This document shows, piece after piece, positions 43,257 to 52,080 of a stretch of 52,473 nucleotides of DNA. The notes under the pieces were generated by a model. That model had not been told where the DNA came from, did no database searches, and was given only the letters and a program-made list of their open reading frames with translations. Numbering within the stretch: the stretch's first letter is position 1; each line of letters begins with the position of its first letter. This DNA comes from Polyangiaceae bacterium. Its GTDB lineage: Bacteria > Myxococcota_A > Polyangia > Polyangiales > Polyangiaceae. Where the stretch lies: NCBI GenBank assembly GCA_035063585.1, contig JAPSGB010000032.1, forward strand, positions 1-52,473. Direction: 5' to 3'. A program made the translations under genes and the position numbers.

Positions 43257-44290
43257 CTCGCGTTCGCGCGCCGCGTGCCGCGCGCTGCGGCCAGCGCCTC
43301 GAGCGCGTCCGAGACGGCGCTCGCGGCGGCGCGCGCCTCGTTGGTCTGCATCGCCTCGATGGCCGAGCGAGCCTCGACCAGCCCCGCGCGGCCGGCGGCC
43401 ACCACGGCGAGCGTGCGGGCGTCGCGCGACCACGCGGTGAGGCCGCGCAGGATGGCGGCGCGCGCGCGCGCGTCGCCGAGCCGCGCGAGCGCGATCCGGG
43501 CGTGCCACTGGAACCGCTCGCGGTAGCGCGCGAGCGCACCGAAGGCGCGCCGCTCGAGCCCCGGTCGCGCCGCGGCGAGCTCGAGCTCGCCGGCGAGCTC
43601 GATGGCCGCCTGTTCGTCTTCCGGCGCGAGCTCGCGCGGCGAGCCGTTCAAGGCCGCCGCGAGCCCCGCGCCGGCGCGCTCGTCGCCAGCCTTGGCGAGG
43701 AAGAGGGCGGCGGCGACCCGCACCCCCGGCGCGGCGTCGTCGAGCGCGCGAGCCGCCGCGCCGAGCAGCGCGGGCGACGGCTCGGGCCAGCGCTCCTCGG
43801 CGATGTGCAGGGCCACCCGACGGATCTCGGGGTCGTCGTCGCCGAGGCTTCGCTCCACCTGGGCCGCGTCGACCGCTCCTCGATGATGCAGCGCGACCAG
43901 CGCCTGGAAGCGGAGCGCGGCCGAGTCGCTCGCCAGCTCGACCTCGATCGCCGAGCTGACGCGCGCGTCACCCGGTGGCGACACCTCGCCGAGCGCCATG
44001 AGCGCCATCTGGCGGACCCGCGGGTGGTCGTCGCGGAGCGCGCCGAGGAGCGTCTCGACGCACTCGCTCGCGTGCGCGTCGGCGAGCGCGACCGCGGCCT
44101 CGCCGCGCACGGCGGGCTCCGCGTCGTCGGCCAGCGCCTGACGGAGCGCCTCGAGCGCGACCGCGCGCCCTTCGCCGCCGGCGTGGCGCGCGAGATCCCG
44201 GAGCGCCGAGAGCCGCGCCGCGCGGCGCGAGGCGCGCACGTCGCGGAGCGCGGCGGGGAGCGTACGCGGGAGCGGCGCGAGACCGAACAT
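43253..44290 (-). CDS. HEAT-repeat (PBS lyase-like) protein
   Basis: Repeated L.D..P.VR..AA.AL units. Confidence 0.85.
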   Translation of the reverse strand: MFGLAPLPRTLPAALRDVRASRRAARLSALRDLARHAGGEGRAVALEALRQALADDAEPAVRGEAAVALADAHASECVETLLGALRDDHPRVRQMALMALGEVSPPGDARVSSAIEVELASDSAALRFQALVALHHRGAVDAAQVERSLGDDDPEIRRVALHIAEERWPEPSPALLGAAARALDDAAPGVRVAAALFLAKAGDERAGAGLAAALNGSPRELAPEDEQAAIELAGELELAAARPGLERRAFGALARYRERFQWHARIALARLGDARARAAILRGLTAWSRDARTLAVVAAGRAGLVEARSAIEAMQTNEARAAASAVSDALEALAAARGTRRANAS

Positions 44291-44341
44291 CGGAGCGGAG
44301 CCTAGAGTCCCATCGGCCGGCGCGCCAGCCGTGGCGCGCGC

Positions 44342-45157
44342 TCAGCCGACGTCGACGAGGCGCCGCGCGCCCTCGCTGGCGAGCTGGAGCGACCCGCTCG
44401 CGAGGGCGACCGCGACCGCGCCGGCCGCCAGCACGTGCGGAGCGCGCAGCATCCCGAGGGTGCCTTGCTCGAGCACCGCGCCGAGGCTGACACCATCGGC
44501 CGGGCCGAGCCCGACGAAGCCGAGCGCGGTCTCGCCGAGCACCACGCCGGCGGCGGCGGTGCCGAGCTGCACCGCGACCGGTCCGAGCAGGTTCGGCAGG
44601 ACGTGCGCGACCACGATCCGCGCTCGCCCCGCGCCGAGGGCCCGCGCGGCCTCCACGAACTGCGCGTCGCCGAGCACGCGCGCCTGCGCGGCGGCGAGCC
44701 GCGCGAAGGGCGCCCACGCCGTCACGCAGAAGACCGCGCCGATGGTCACCCGCGAGGGCACCGCCACCGCCGAGAGGACGGCGAGCGCGAGCAGGAAGGT
44801 CGGGAACGACTGCACCAGATCGCACACCCGGAGCGTCCACCGCTCGAAGCGCCCGCGCGCGAGCCCGGCGGCGGCGCCGAGCGGCGTCCCCGCGAGAAAT
44901 CCGAAGAGCGCGACCGCGGCGGCCAGCGCGAGCGCGCGCAGGGTCGCGTGGCAGACGAGCGGCAAGAGCTCCACGCCCGCGTCGCCGCTGCCGAGCAGGC
45001 GGCCGGCGCTCGGCCCCGCCCACGAGAGCGAGAGCGTGAGCCGGGTCGGCGACGCGCTCGAGAAGAGCGCGTACGCGCCGGTCGCGAGCGCGAGCGCGGC
45101 GACCGGGAGCACGGCCGCGAGCGCCGCGGCTCGTCGCGCGCGCGCTCGCGCGCTCAT
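44342..45157 (-). CDS. Peptide/nickel ABC transporter permease, DppC/OppC-like
   Basis: LLG.G..G, SFPTFLLAL, FVEAARALGA..RI...HVLPN, LGFVGLG; start ATG 45157. Confidence 0.9.
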   Translation of the reverse strand: MSARARARRAAALAAVLPVAALALATGAYALFSSASPTRLTLSLSWAGPSAGRLLGSGDAGVELLPLVCHATLRALALAAAVALFGFLAGTPLGAAAGLARGRFERWTLRVCDLVQSFPTFLLALAVLSAVAVPSRVTIGAVFCVTAWAPFARLAAAQARVLGDAQFVEAARALGAGRARIVVAHVLPNLLGPVAVQLGTAAAGVVLGETALGFVGLGPADGVSLGAVLEQGTLGMLRAPHVLAAGAVAVALASGSLQLASEGARRLVDVG

Positions 45158-46125
45158 GCGCCCTGCCCTCGCGGATCGATGACCGACTGCGCGAGCGCCG
45201 CCGCCCCCTGCGCGAGCACGAAGAGCAGCCCCGCCGCGACCACCGAGGCCTCGAGCACCGGGATGTCGCGCGCGGCGTAGGCGTCGAGCATGAGCGTGCC
45301 GAGCCCGGGCCGCTCGAAGAGCCGCTCGAGCACCACGGCGCCGCCGAGCAGCGCGCCGAGCTGGGTCGCGATGACGACGGCGATGGGCGCCGAGGCGGCC
45401 GGCAGCGCGTGCACGAGCCAGACGCGCCACGATGACGCGCCCTTGGCGGCGGCCACCTCGAGGAACTTGGCGCGGGCCTGCTCGAGGAGCGCGGCCCTGC
45501 CGATGCGCGCGACCTGCGCCGCGAGCGGGAGCGCGAGCAGCCCCGCGCCGAAGAGGAGCCCGAGGCCGCCGCTCTCCGGATCGCCCGGCAGCGGCACCAC
45601 GCGCCAGCGCACCGCGAAGAGGAAGGTCGCGAGCGGCGCGAACGCGATGAGCGGCGTGGCGGCCACCAGCAAGATCCCGCGGTGCGCCCACTCCCGTCTC
45701 GCGCCGAGCCAGGGCGCGACCGCGGCGAGCGCCGCGGCGAGGCCGAGGAGCGAGCCGAGTCCGACCGCCACTCCGGCGAGCGCCGAGGTCGGGCCGAGCG
45801 CGCGGCGCACCTCCGCGAACGCGCCGACCCCGGGCCGCGCGAACGACGGCCCGAGATCGAGCGTGGCGAGCCCCCAGAGGAAGCGCCCGTACTGGACCAC
45901 GAGCGGCGCGTCGAGACCGAGCCGCGCGCGGAGCGCCGCGCGCTGGGCCTCGGGGGCGGTGTCTCCGAGGATGAGCGCCGCCGGATCACCGGGCAAGAGC
46001 CGGAGCGCGAGGAAGACGAGGGTGGCGAGCGCCGCGAGCACGCCGAGCGCGCCGAGGGTACGCCCCGCGACGCTCCCGAGCACGCGGCCGAGCGCGGCGA
46101 GCGAGCGCGGGCGCGCCGCCCCCAT
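45154..46125 (-). CDS. Peptide/nickel ABC transporter permease, DppB/OppB-like
   Basis: LLPGDPA, LGLDAPL.VQY, DLG.S, AKGAS..HAL, LLGGAVVLERLF.RPGLG, RDIP, DPR. Confidence 0.92.
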   Translation of the reverse strand: MGAARPRSLAALGRVLGSVAGRTLGALGVLAALATLVFLALRLLPGDPAALILGDTAPEAQRAALRARLGLDAPLVVQYGRFLWGLATLDLGPSFARPGVGAFAEVRRALGPTSALAGVAVGLGSLLGLAAALAAVAPWLGARREWAHRGILLVAATPLIAFAPLATFLFAVRWRVVPLPGDPESGGLGLLFGAGLLALPLAAQVARIGRAALLEQARAKFLEVAAAKGASSWRVWLVHALPAASAPIAVVIATQLGALLGGAVVLERLFERPGLGTLMLDAYAARDIPVLEASVVAAGLLFVLAQGAAALAQSVIDPRGQGA

Positions 46126-46805
46126 CAGTCCCCCGCGGCGTCGGTTCCCGCGTCGGCCCCCGCCTCGGCGTCGCTCGCGCCGGCGTCCGTGCTGACGGCG
46201 GCGTCACCGGCGTCGGTCGTCACGCCCGAATCTCCGCCGTCGAGCGCCGCGTCCTCGTTGACGTCCGCGTCACTCGCGGCGCCGTCGCCGCCCGCGTCCG
46301 GCGGCGGCGCGGCAGCCTCGAAGCCGCCATCGTAGCCCTCGCACACTCCCGCGGGCGCGTCCTCCGGCACCGCCGCGCCGCTCGCCGGCACCACGCAGAC
46401 GGCGCCGTTGAAGTCCCCGCGCTCGACCACCGCCGCGCCCCACGGATTCCCCGCGCGGTTCAGCTCCTCGCAGACGTAGCCCGAGCGACAGTCGTCGTCG
46501 CTCACGCAGTTGGCCATGCAGAAGGTGCGCGCGAAGCGCGAGCTGCCCTGCGGATCGCGACAGCCCGCGGCCGGCGAGCTCTCGGTGCGGAACGCGACGC
46601 ACACCGCGTCGCCCGGACAGGTACCCGGCTCGCAGTTGAAGATCGTGCAGTACCCGCCCGGCTGCGTCGTGTCGCACAGGCGATCGCCCATCGCCGAGCA
46701 GTCGGTCGACGTCGAGCAGGCGTCGCCGATCTTCGGGCTGCAGCCGAGCGCGCTCGCCGCGACGAGCAGCGCGGCGCCGATGATCCAGGCGAAGGAGCGG
46801 TCCAT
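46125..46805 (-). CDS. Cys-rich lipoprotein
   Basis: Lipobox ALGC plus 14 further Cys (PGGYCT..C motif), acidic DAG-repeat tail; TGATG overlap with the downstream permease. Confidence 0.8.
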   Translation of the reverse strand: MDRSFAWIIGAALLVAASALGCSPKIGDACSTSTDCSAMGDRLCDTTQPGGYCTIFNCEPGTCPGDAVCVAFRTESSPAAGCRDPQGSSRFARTFCMANCVSDDDCRSGYVCEELNRAGNPWGAAVVERGDFNGAVCVVPASGAAVPEDAPAGVCEGYDGGFEAAAPPPDAGGDGAASDADVNEDAALDGGDSGVTTDAGDAAVSTDAGASDAEAGADAGTDAAGD

Positions 46806-47034
46806 GGCGGAGCGGCGCGGACTCTAGGCTACCCGGCCCGCCCCCGCCACCTTCGCCGCGCGACCGGGGCATTTCACGCCCGCACCCCCGCCCGCCGAGC
46901 TCCGGCAGGCCGTCGCGGGGGATTTTGTCGGTCCGGCGCGGAACCGCGCCGCTGGCGACTCGCTGAGCGCCGCGCAGCCGCCCGCCGGCGCTTCTCGATT
47001 GAGCGCGGGCGCCTCGCGACTCATACTCCGCGAC

Positions 47035-48753
47035 ATGCGGGGACGCTGGGGGTCGGTCGGGTGGCTAGCGGTGCTCGGAGCGGCGGCGAGCGGCGGCTGC
47101 TCTGCGGATGGCTCGGCGCCCGGCTCGGGCAGCGGTGGTCGCCTCGGCGTGATCACGGACGACGCCGGCGGCACGGGCGGCGGCACCGGCGGGACGGCCG
47201 GCGGCAGCGCCGGCGGGGCGGGCGGCGCAGACACCGGCGGGGCGGGCGGCGGCACCGGCGGGACGGACGGCGGCGGCCTCGGCGGCACGGGCGGCGGCGG
47301 CGTCGGCGGGACGGGCGGCGGAGGCCTCGGCGGCACGGGCGGCGGTGGCGCCGGCGGGACGGGCAGCGGCACCGGCGGGACGGGCGGCGGCGCCGGCGGG
47401 ACGGGCGGCGGCACCGGCGGGACGGGCGGCGGCACCGGCGGCCGCATCGTGCTGAGCTGCTTGGACGGCGCGGTGGCCGAGCCGTGCACCTGCGGCTCGA
47501 AGGTGTCGAGCGCGGGGTACTGCTGCGCCGGGAAGCCCGAGGACCGGGCCTGCCCCATCGCGCCGGCATATTACGTCTCCCCCGACGGGAACGACTCGCG
47601 GTCAGGCACCTCGGTCGATACCGCGTTTCAGACGCTCGAGAAGGCGCGCGACGCGGCGCGCGCGTCGCCGACCCGCAAGACGGTCTACCTGCTCCGCGGC
47701 ACCTTCCCGAGGAGCGCGACGCTCCACCTGGCTCCGCAGGACCGGGGGCAGTCGTGGCTCGCGTATCCCGGGCACACTCCCATCTTGGAGGGCAACGGCC
47801 GGACGACGATGGCGCTCGCCATCGACGCGGGCGACGTCACCGTCCGCTTCGTCACCTTCCAGAATTTCGTCGACTCCGCCATCGGGCTCGTCGGGGGCGA
47901 CGCGGATCGCGCGATCATCGACAGCAACACCATCACGAACACGCTCAGCACCGACCGGGTGCAGGCGGCCATCGATCTATGCTGCGGGGAGCAGAGCGAC
48001 GCGAGGATTACCCATAACCTCATCGAGGGCGCCGACTACATCGGCATCCGCGCGGGCGCCGCGGCCGCCGGCGGCGGCGTCGAGAGCGGCACCACGCTCG
48101 CGTACAATGGGCTCTACGACACCTGCCGCCTGATCAAGGACTGCGGCGCGATCTACGTCTGGGACGTCGCCCAGCAGAGCTCCGGCGTCACGCTCGCGAA
48201 CAACGTGGTGGGAAACCCGGAGTGGCTCGTGACGCCAGGAGGAGACGCGGGAGCCCAGGGGCTCTACCTCGACGGCAACCAGCTCCGCGTCACCGTGCGA
48301 GACAACATCGTCTACGGCCATGGCGACTGGGCCGTCGAGATCCGCGGCGGGTCGGACAACCGTTTCGAGAACAACATCTTCGACATCAGCCAGATGAGGC
48401 GCCGGCTCGCGCTCTACACCGACACCGACTCCACGACGCCGCTGTCGCTCAGCAATGTCTTCACCTGTAACATCGTGTATTCGAACGACCGGACGCCGAG
48501 CCCGCTCTGGGACGTCTTTCAGACCCTCCTCGGCGAGCTCGTGCTGCCGCAGGTTCACGACAACGTGTACTGGGCGACCAGGGGGCTTCTGTCGAACACC
48601 GGCCGCATCAGGGACGCGAGCCCGATCGTCAAGGATCCGGGGTTCGTCGACCCGACGAAGGCTGACTACCGCTTCACCGGCGAGAGCGCCTGGGCGAACT
48701 GCGACTTCGCGCCCATCGACGCGCGCACGGTCGGACCGCTGCCGAACCCGTGA
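47035..48753 (+). CDS. Lipoprotein with Gly/Thr linker and right-handed parallel beta-helix (pectin lyase-like) domain
   Basis: Lipobox-like SGGC; YYVSPDGND..SGT...F.TL.KA, D.GAIY, GLYLD, N.F.NNIF, DPGFVDP..DYR. Confidence 0.82.
   Translation: MRGRWGSVGWLAVLGAAASGGCSADGSAPGSGSGGRLGVITDDAGGTGGGTGGTAGGSAGGAGGADTGGAGGGTGGTDGGGLGGTGGGGVGGTGGGGLGGTGGGGAGGTGSGTGGTGGGAGGTGGGTGGTGGGTGGRIVLSCLDGAVAEPCTCGSKVSSAGYCCAGKPEDRACPIAPAYYVSPDGNDSRSGTSVDTAFQTLEKARDAARASPTRKTVYLLRGTFPRSATLHLAPQDRGQSWLAYPGHTPILEGNGRTTMALAIDAGDVTVRFVTFQNFVDSAIGLVGGDADRAIIDSNTITNTLSTDRVQAAIDLCCGEQSDARITHNLIEGADYIGIRAGAAAAGGGVESGTTLAYNGLYDTCRLIKDCGAIYVWDVAQQSSGVTLANNVVGNPEWLVTPGGDAGAQGLYLDGNQLRVTVRDNIVYGHGDWAVEIRGGSDNRFENNIFDISQMRRRLALYTDTDSTTPLSLSNVFTCNIVYSNDRTPSPLWDVFQTLLGELVLPQVHDNVYWATRGLLSNTGRIRDASPIVKDPGFVDPTKADYRFTGESAWANCDFAPIDARTVGPLPNP
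47167..47442 (+). repeat. Low-complexity GGTGG coding repeat
   Basis: Many GGCGG(C/G)AC(G/C)GGCGGC units encoding Gly-Gly-Thr-Gly-Gly. Confidence 0.85.
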
Positions 48754-48860
48754 GGCGCGCGAGCGCTCCGCTGGCGAGCGCGCTCCCCGCGCCGATCGAG
48801 CTCGCGCGCCGCGCCGTGATCCGAGGCGCGCCGCGCGCCGCCGGCCGCGCCGGGCCGACA

Positions 48861-48889
48861 TTGACACGCTGTGGACCGGCTCCTAGAAA
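48861..48889 (+). promoter_or_regulatory. Sigma70-type promoter upstream of the ferredoxin
   Basis: TTGACA-17 nt-TAGAAA. Confidence 0.55.
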
Positions 48890-48931
48890 TACCCCGCCTT
48901 CGGCGTGCCCGGAGGCGTGCGCGAGCGACTC

Positions 48932-49237
48932 ATGGCGACCTACATCACCGAAGACTGCATCAACTGCGGCGCGTGCGAGCCCGAGTGCCCGAACGACGCC
49001 ATCTCGGAGGGGGACTCGATCTACGAGATCGATCCCGACCTCTGCACCGAGTGCGTCGGGTTCTACGACCACGAGGCGTGCCAGGCGGTGTGCCCGGTCG
49101 AGTGCTGCCTGCCCGATCCGAACCGCGTCGAGACGGAGGATGCGCTCATCGCGCGGGCGCTCGAGCTTCACCCGGACGACGAAGATCTGAAACGCCACGC
49201 CGAGGCCAACGACTTCGCGTCGCGGTTCCGGAAATAG
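48932..49237 (+). CDS. YfhL-family 2[4Fe-4S] ferredoxin
   Basis: CINCGACEPECP and CTECVG....CQAVCPVECC. Confidence 0.95.
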   Translation: MATYITEDCINCGACEPECPNDAISEGDSIYEIDPDLCTECVGFYDHEACQAVCPVECCLPDPNRVETEDALIARALELHPDDEDLKRHAEANDFASRFRK

Positions 49238-49239
49238 CC

Positions 49240-50082
49240 GTGCGCGCCCGCGCCACGCTCGCGGGGCTCGCCACGCTCGCAGGCGGCTGCGGAGGCGGCG
49301 CGCCGCTCCTGCACCCGGCGCACGCGCTCGCGCCGGGCGCGGTCCGCATGGGCGCGGGCGTGAGCAGCACGCTGGTGAGCGGCGGCGCGAAGACCGCGAT
49401 GGATGACGCCCGCCGCGCCGTCACCGCGCAGGGCGCGGTCGCGACCCCGGCAGACGAGGCCGCCTTCGCGCGCGGAGCGCTCGCTTCGATCCTGCTCGCG
49501 CCCGGGCTCGCGCCGTGGGTCGGCGCGCGCGCCGGCTTCGGCGCGGGGGACGCGGGGCTCACCTACAGCGGGCGCGCGGTGCGCGTCGACGGGCGCGCGG
49601 TCACCGGCGACGAGCACCTCGCGCTGAGCGCCGGGCTCGGCGCGAGCGGGGTCCTCCAGCGGCCGAGCACGGGCGCGCCGAGCGACGGCGGGCGCGGCGG
49701 CGACGGCCTGCCCGGCCTCGACGCCACCGACGTCTCCGGCTGGGGGCTCGACCTCCCCGCGCTCGTCGGGTGGCGGAGCGACGGGCGCGTGGTCGAGCTC
49801 TGGGCCGGGCTCCGCGCCGGCTACGAGCGCGCGGGCGGCACGGTCGTGCTCGGCGTCGACCCGGATCCGGCCGTGCGGCGCGAGCTCGAGCTCCGCGGCG
49901 AGCGGCTCTACGGCGGCGGGCTCGTCGGCGTCGCGGTCGGCGTCGCGCCGGTGTGGGCGGCGCTCGAGCTCGACGCGAGCTACCAGCGGGTGACGGGCGA
50001 GCTCGCCGCAGGCTTCGGCGGCGAGGCGCGACTCACCGGGCTCGCGCTCGCGCCGTCCGCCGCGCTGCTCGCGGAGTTCTAG
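49240..50082 (+). CDS. Hypothetical lipoprotein, beta-barrel-like
   Basis: GTG start 2 nt after the ferredoxin stop, LAGGC lipobox-like, amphipathic strands, C-terminal Phe. Confidence 0.65.
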   Translation: MRARATLAGLATLAGGCGGGAPLLHPAHALAPGAVRMGAGVSSTLVSGGAKTAMDDARRAVTAQGAVATPADEAAFARGALASILLAPGLAPWVGARAGFGAGDAGLTYSGRAVRVDGRAVTGDEHLALSAGLGASGVLQRPSTGAPSDGGRGGDGLPGLDATDVSGWGLDLPALVGWRSDGRVVELWAGLRAGYERAGGTVVLGVDPDPAVRRELELRGERLYGGGLVGVAVGVAPVWAALELDASYQRVTGELAAGFGGEARLTGLALAPSAALLAEF

Positions 50083-50157
50083 CAGTAGTTATTTACAACT
50101 TATCGAAATCCGGAGGGAATCGCGGCGCCCCGGGCGGCGTTCGAGGGCCGGCGCCGC

Positions 50158-50186
50158 TTGCCCGGACCGCCGGGTGAGCCTAGGAT
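50158..50186 (+). promoter_or_regulatory. Sigma70-type promoter, probably leaderless
   Basis: TTGCCC-17 nt-TAGGAT followed 6 nt later by GTG 50193. Confidence 0.6.
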
Positions 50187-50192
50187 GACGAC

Positions 50193-51104
50193 GTGCGCCC
50201 CCACTCGCCCGCTCGTCCCGTGCCCTCGCCTCGCCTCGTGAAGGCCGCGCTCGCGCTCGCCCTCGCGGGGGCCACGGCCTGCTCGGCGGAAATGGAGACG
50301 TACACGTCCGACGCCGAGAGTGGCAGCACGCACGCGCTCATCTCGGTGGAGCGGAGCGCCGTCGCGGGCGACGCGGGCTCGGCGCGCGCCGGCGCGCTGG
50401 CTGGCTTCGTGCGCATGCCGGCCGACACGGACGCGCAGTCGGTGCTCGGCTGGGTCGGGCTCGCCGTGGAGCTCCCCGCGCCCGGGCAGTGCGCGGCGCG
50501 GCTCGACGCGACCGCCACGCCGCGGGGCGCGATGGCCGCGACCGCTCACCTCGAGCTCATCGACGCCGGCAACGTGACGCTCAGCGCGGGCGACGGCGAG
50601 CTCACGCTGGCGCCGCGCGCGTTCCCCACCGTCACCGATCGCATCTCCGGCGTCATGTACACGACCCGCGATCGCTCGGCCGAGCCGCTCCCGGCCGGCG
50701 CGCGCTACCAGATCCGCGCGAGCGGCGGCGCCGCGCGCGCGCCGCTCGCGGTGGACGCCGACGCGCCGCCCGCGCTCGAGAGCGTCACGGTCGGCGGGCT
50801 CCCGCTCGAAGAGCTCACCGAGCTCGCGATCGGCGCGCCGGTCGACGTGACCTGGAACGTCGGCGCGCGCGGCGATTTGGTGGTCGTCGAGCTCGCCCCG
50901 GCGAGCGGCGCGCCGGCTACGCTCTGCGCCTTCGCCGACGAGGCCGGCGTCGGCAGCGTGCCGGCCGGCGTCCTCGAGCGCGCGGGCAGCGGCCGGTTCG
51001 CGGTGCACCGCGTGCGCCGCGTCGGGTTCGCCGCGCCCGGCGTCGACGATGGCCAGCTCCGCTTCGACTTCGAGCGCGTCGCGAGCGTCACCTTCACCGA
51101 GTAG
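50193..51104 (+). CDS. Hypothetical lipoprotein, beta-sandwich rich
   Basis: Lipobox ATAC, two further Cys, codon pattern consistent with neighbouring genes. Confidence 0.7.
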   Translation: MRPHSPARPVPSPRLVKAALALALAGATACSAEMETYTSDAESGSTHALISVERSAVAGDAGSARAGALAGFVRMPADTDAQSVLGWVGLAVELPAPGQCAARLDATATPRGAMAATAHLELIDAGNVTLSAGDGELTLAPRAFPTVTDRISGVMYTTRDRSAEPLPAGARYQIRASGGAARAPLAVDADAPPALESVTVGGLPLEELTELAIGAPVDVTWNVGARGDLVVVELAPASGAPATLCAFADEAGVGSVPAGVLERAGSGRFAVHRVRRVGFAAPGVDDGQLRFDFERVASVTFTE

Positions 51105-51105
51105 C

Positions 51106-52080
51106 GTGGCGGGCGCGCTCCGCCGCTTCGCGTCGCTGCTCGCGGCCGTCTGCGCGCTCTCGACCGCGAGCGCGCACGCGGCCCCGTCGAAGCACCGCGC
51201 GGGTCGCGGGGCTGCCGGTCCGGCGCGGAGACCCGCGACGAGAAAGCCGGCGGCGAAAGCCCCGGCCGCGAAGCGGCCCGCGCCCGAGCGAGCCGCGAAG
51301 CGACGCCGGCGGCGGCCCCGCGCACGGACGCCGCGCGGCTACGCCGCGCAGGTGCGCGGGTGGCACGCGCGCGATCCGAAGCGCGAGGCGCCGCTCGACG
51401 CCGCGGGGCGCCCCGCGCTGGTGCTCGAGATCCTGAACACCGGCGAGCGGTTCGTCCTGCCGGTCGTGAGCGCGGAGGGCCGCTTCTCCGCCGAGACGCT
51501 CGATCTCGCCGCGCACGCGCTCCGGGATCAGCGCTCGAACCGAGAATTCCCCGTGGATCCCGAGGTGCTCGCCACGCTCTACCGGCTGCAGCTCCACTTC
51601 CAGGCGCACTCGCTCCGCGTGGTGTCGGCATACCGCGCGGCGCGCCCGGGCGGCCACTCGCGTCACGGGCAGGGGCGCGCGGTCGATCTCGTGGTCCCGG
51701 GCGCGACCGACCGCGAGGTCGCCGCCTTCGCGCGCGGGCTCGGCTACTCGGGCGTCGGCGTCTACCTGGTGAGCGGCTTCGTGCACGTGGACGTGCGCCC
51801 GCGGAGCTACGCCTGGGTCGACCTGAGCGGGCCGGGCCAGCCGAACCGCGCCCGCTCCGCGGGCGGCAAGGAGCTCGCCGAGGCGGACGCGCGCGCCCGC
51901 GCCGCCGGACGCGCCGCGCCCCGCGACGCGGTCACCCCGACCAGCGACATCGAGGCCGCGCTCGCCGGCGCGCGCGGAGAGGCGAGCGGCCCTCCGCACG
52001 ACGAGCCGGACCGCGACGACTCGGACGACTCGGACGACTCGGACGCCGAGCTCGACGCCGCGAGCGGAGCCGGGGAGTGA
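51106..52080 (+). CDS. YcbK/DUF882 (peptidase M15-like, MepK-type) exported protein
   Basis: Signal peptide ending AHA; L.D.R...DP..L..L, VVSAYR, S.H..GRAVD, GVGVY..SGFVHVDVR; GTG 51106. Confidence 0.85.
   Translation: MAGALRRFASLLAAVCALSTASAHAAPSKHRAGRGAAGPARRPATRKPAAKAPAAKRPAPERAAKRRRRRPRARTPRGYAAQVRGWHARDPKREAPLDAAGRPALVLEILNTGERFVLPVVSAEGRFSAETLDLAAHALRDQRSNREFPVDPEVLATLYRLQLHFQAHSLRVVSAYRAARPGGHSRHGQGRAVDLVVPGATDREVAAFARGLGYSGVGVYLVSGFVHVDVRPRSYAWVDLSGPGQPNRARSAGGKELAEADARARAAGRAAPRDAVTPTSDIEAALAGARGEASGPPHDEPDRDDSDDSDDSDAELDAASGAGE

Noticed and set aside
50083..50110. dif (XerCD) site in the AT-rich patches here and at 12748-12783
   Set aside because: Neither has the 11-6-11 layout with a TTATG(T)TAAA-like XerD arm
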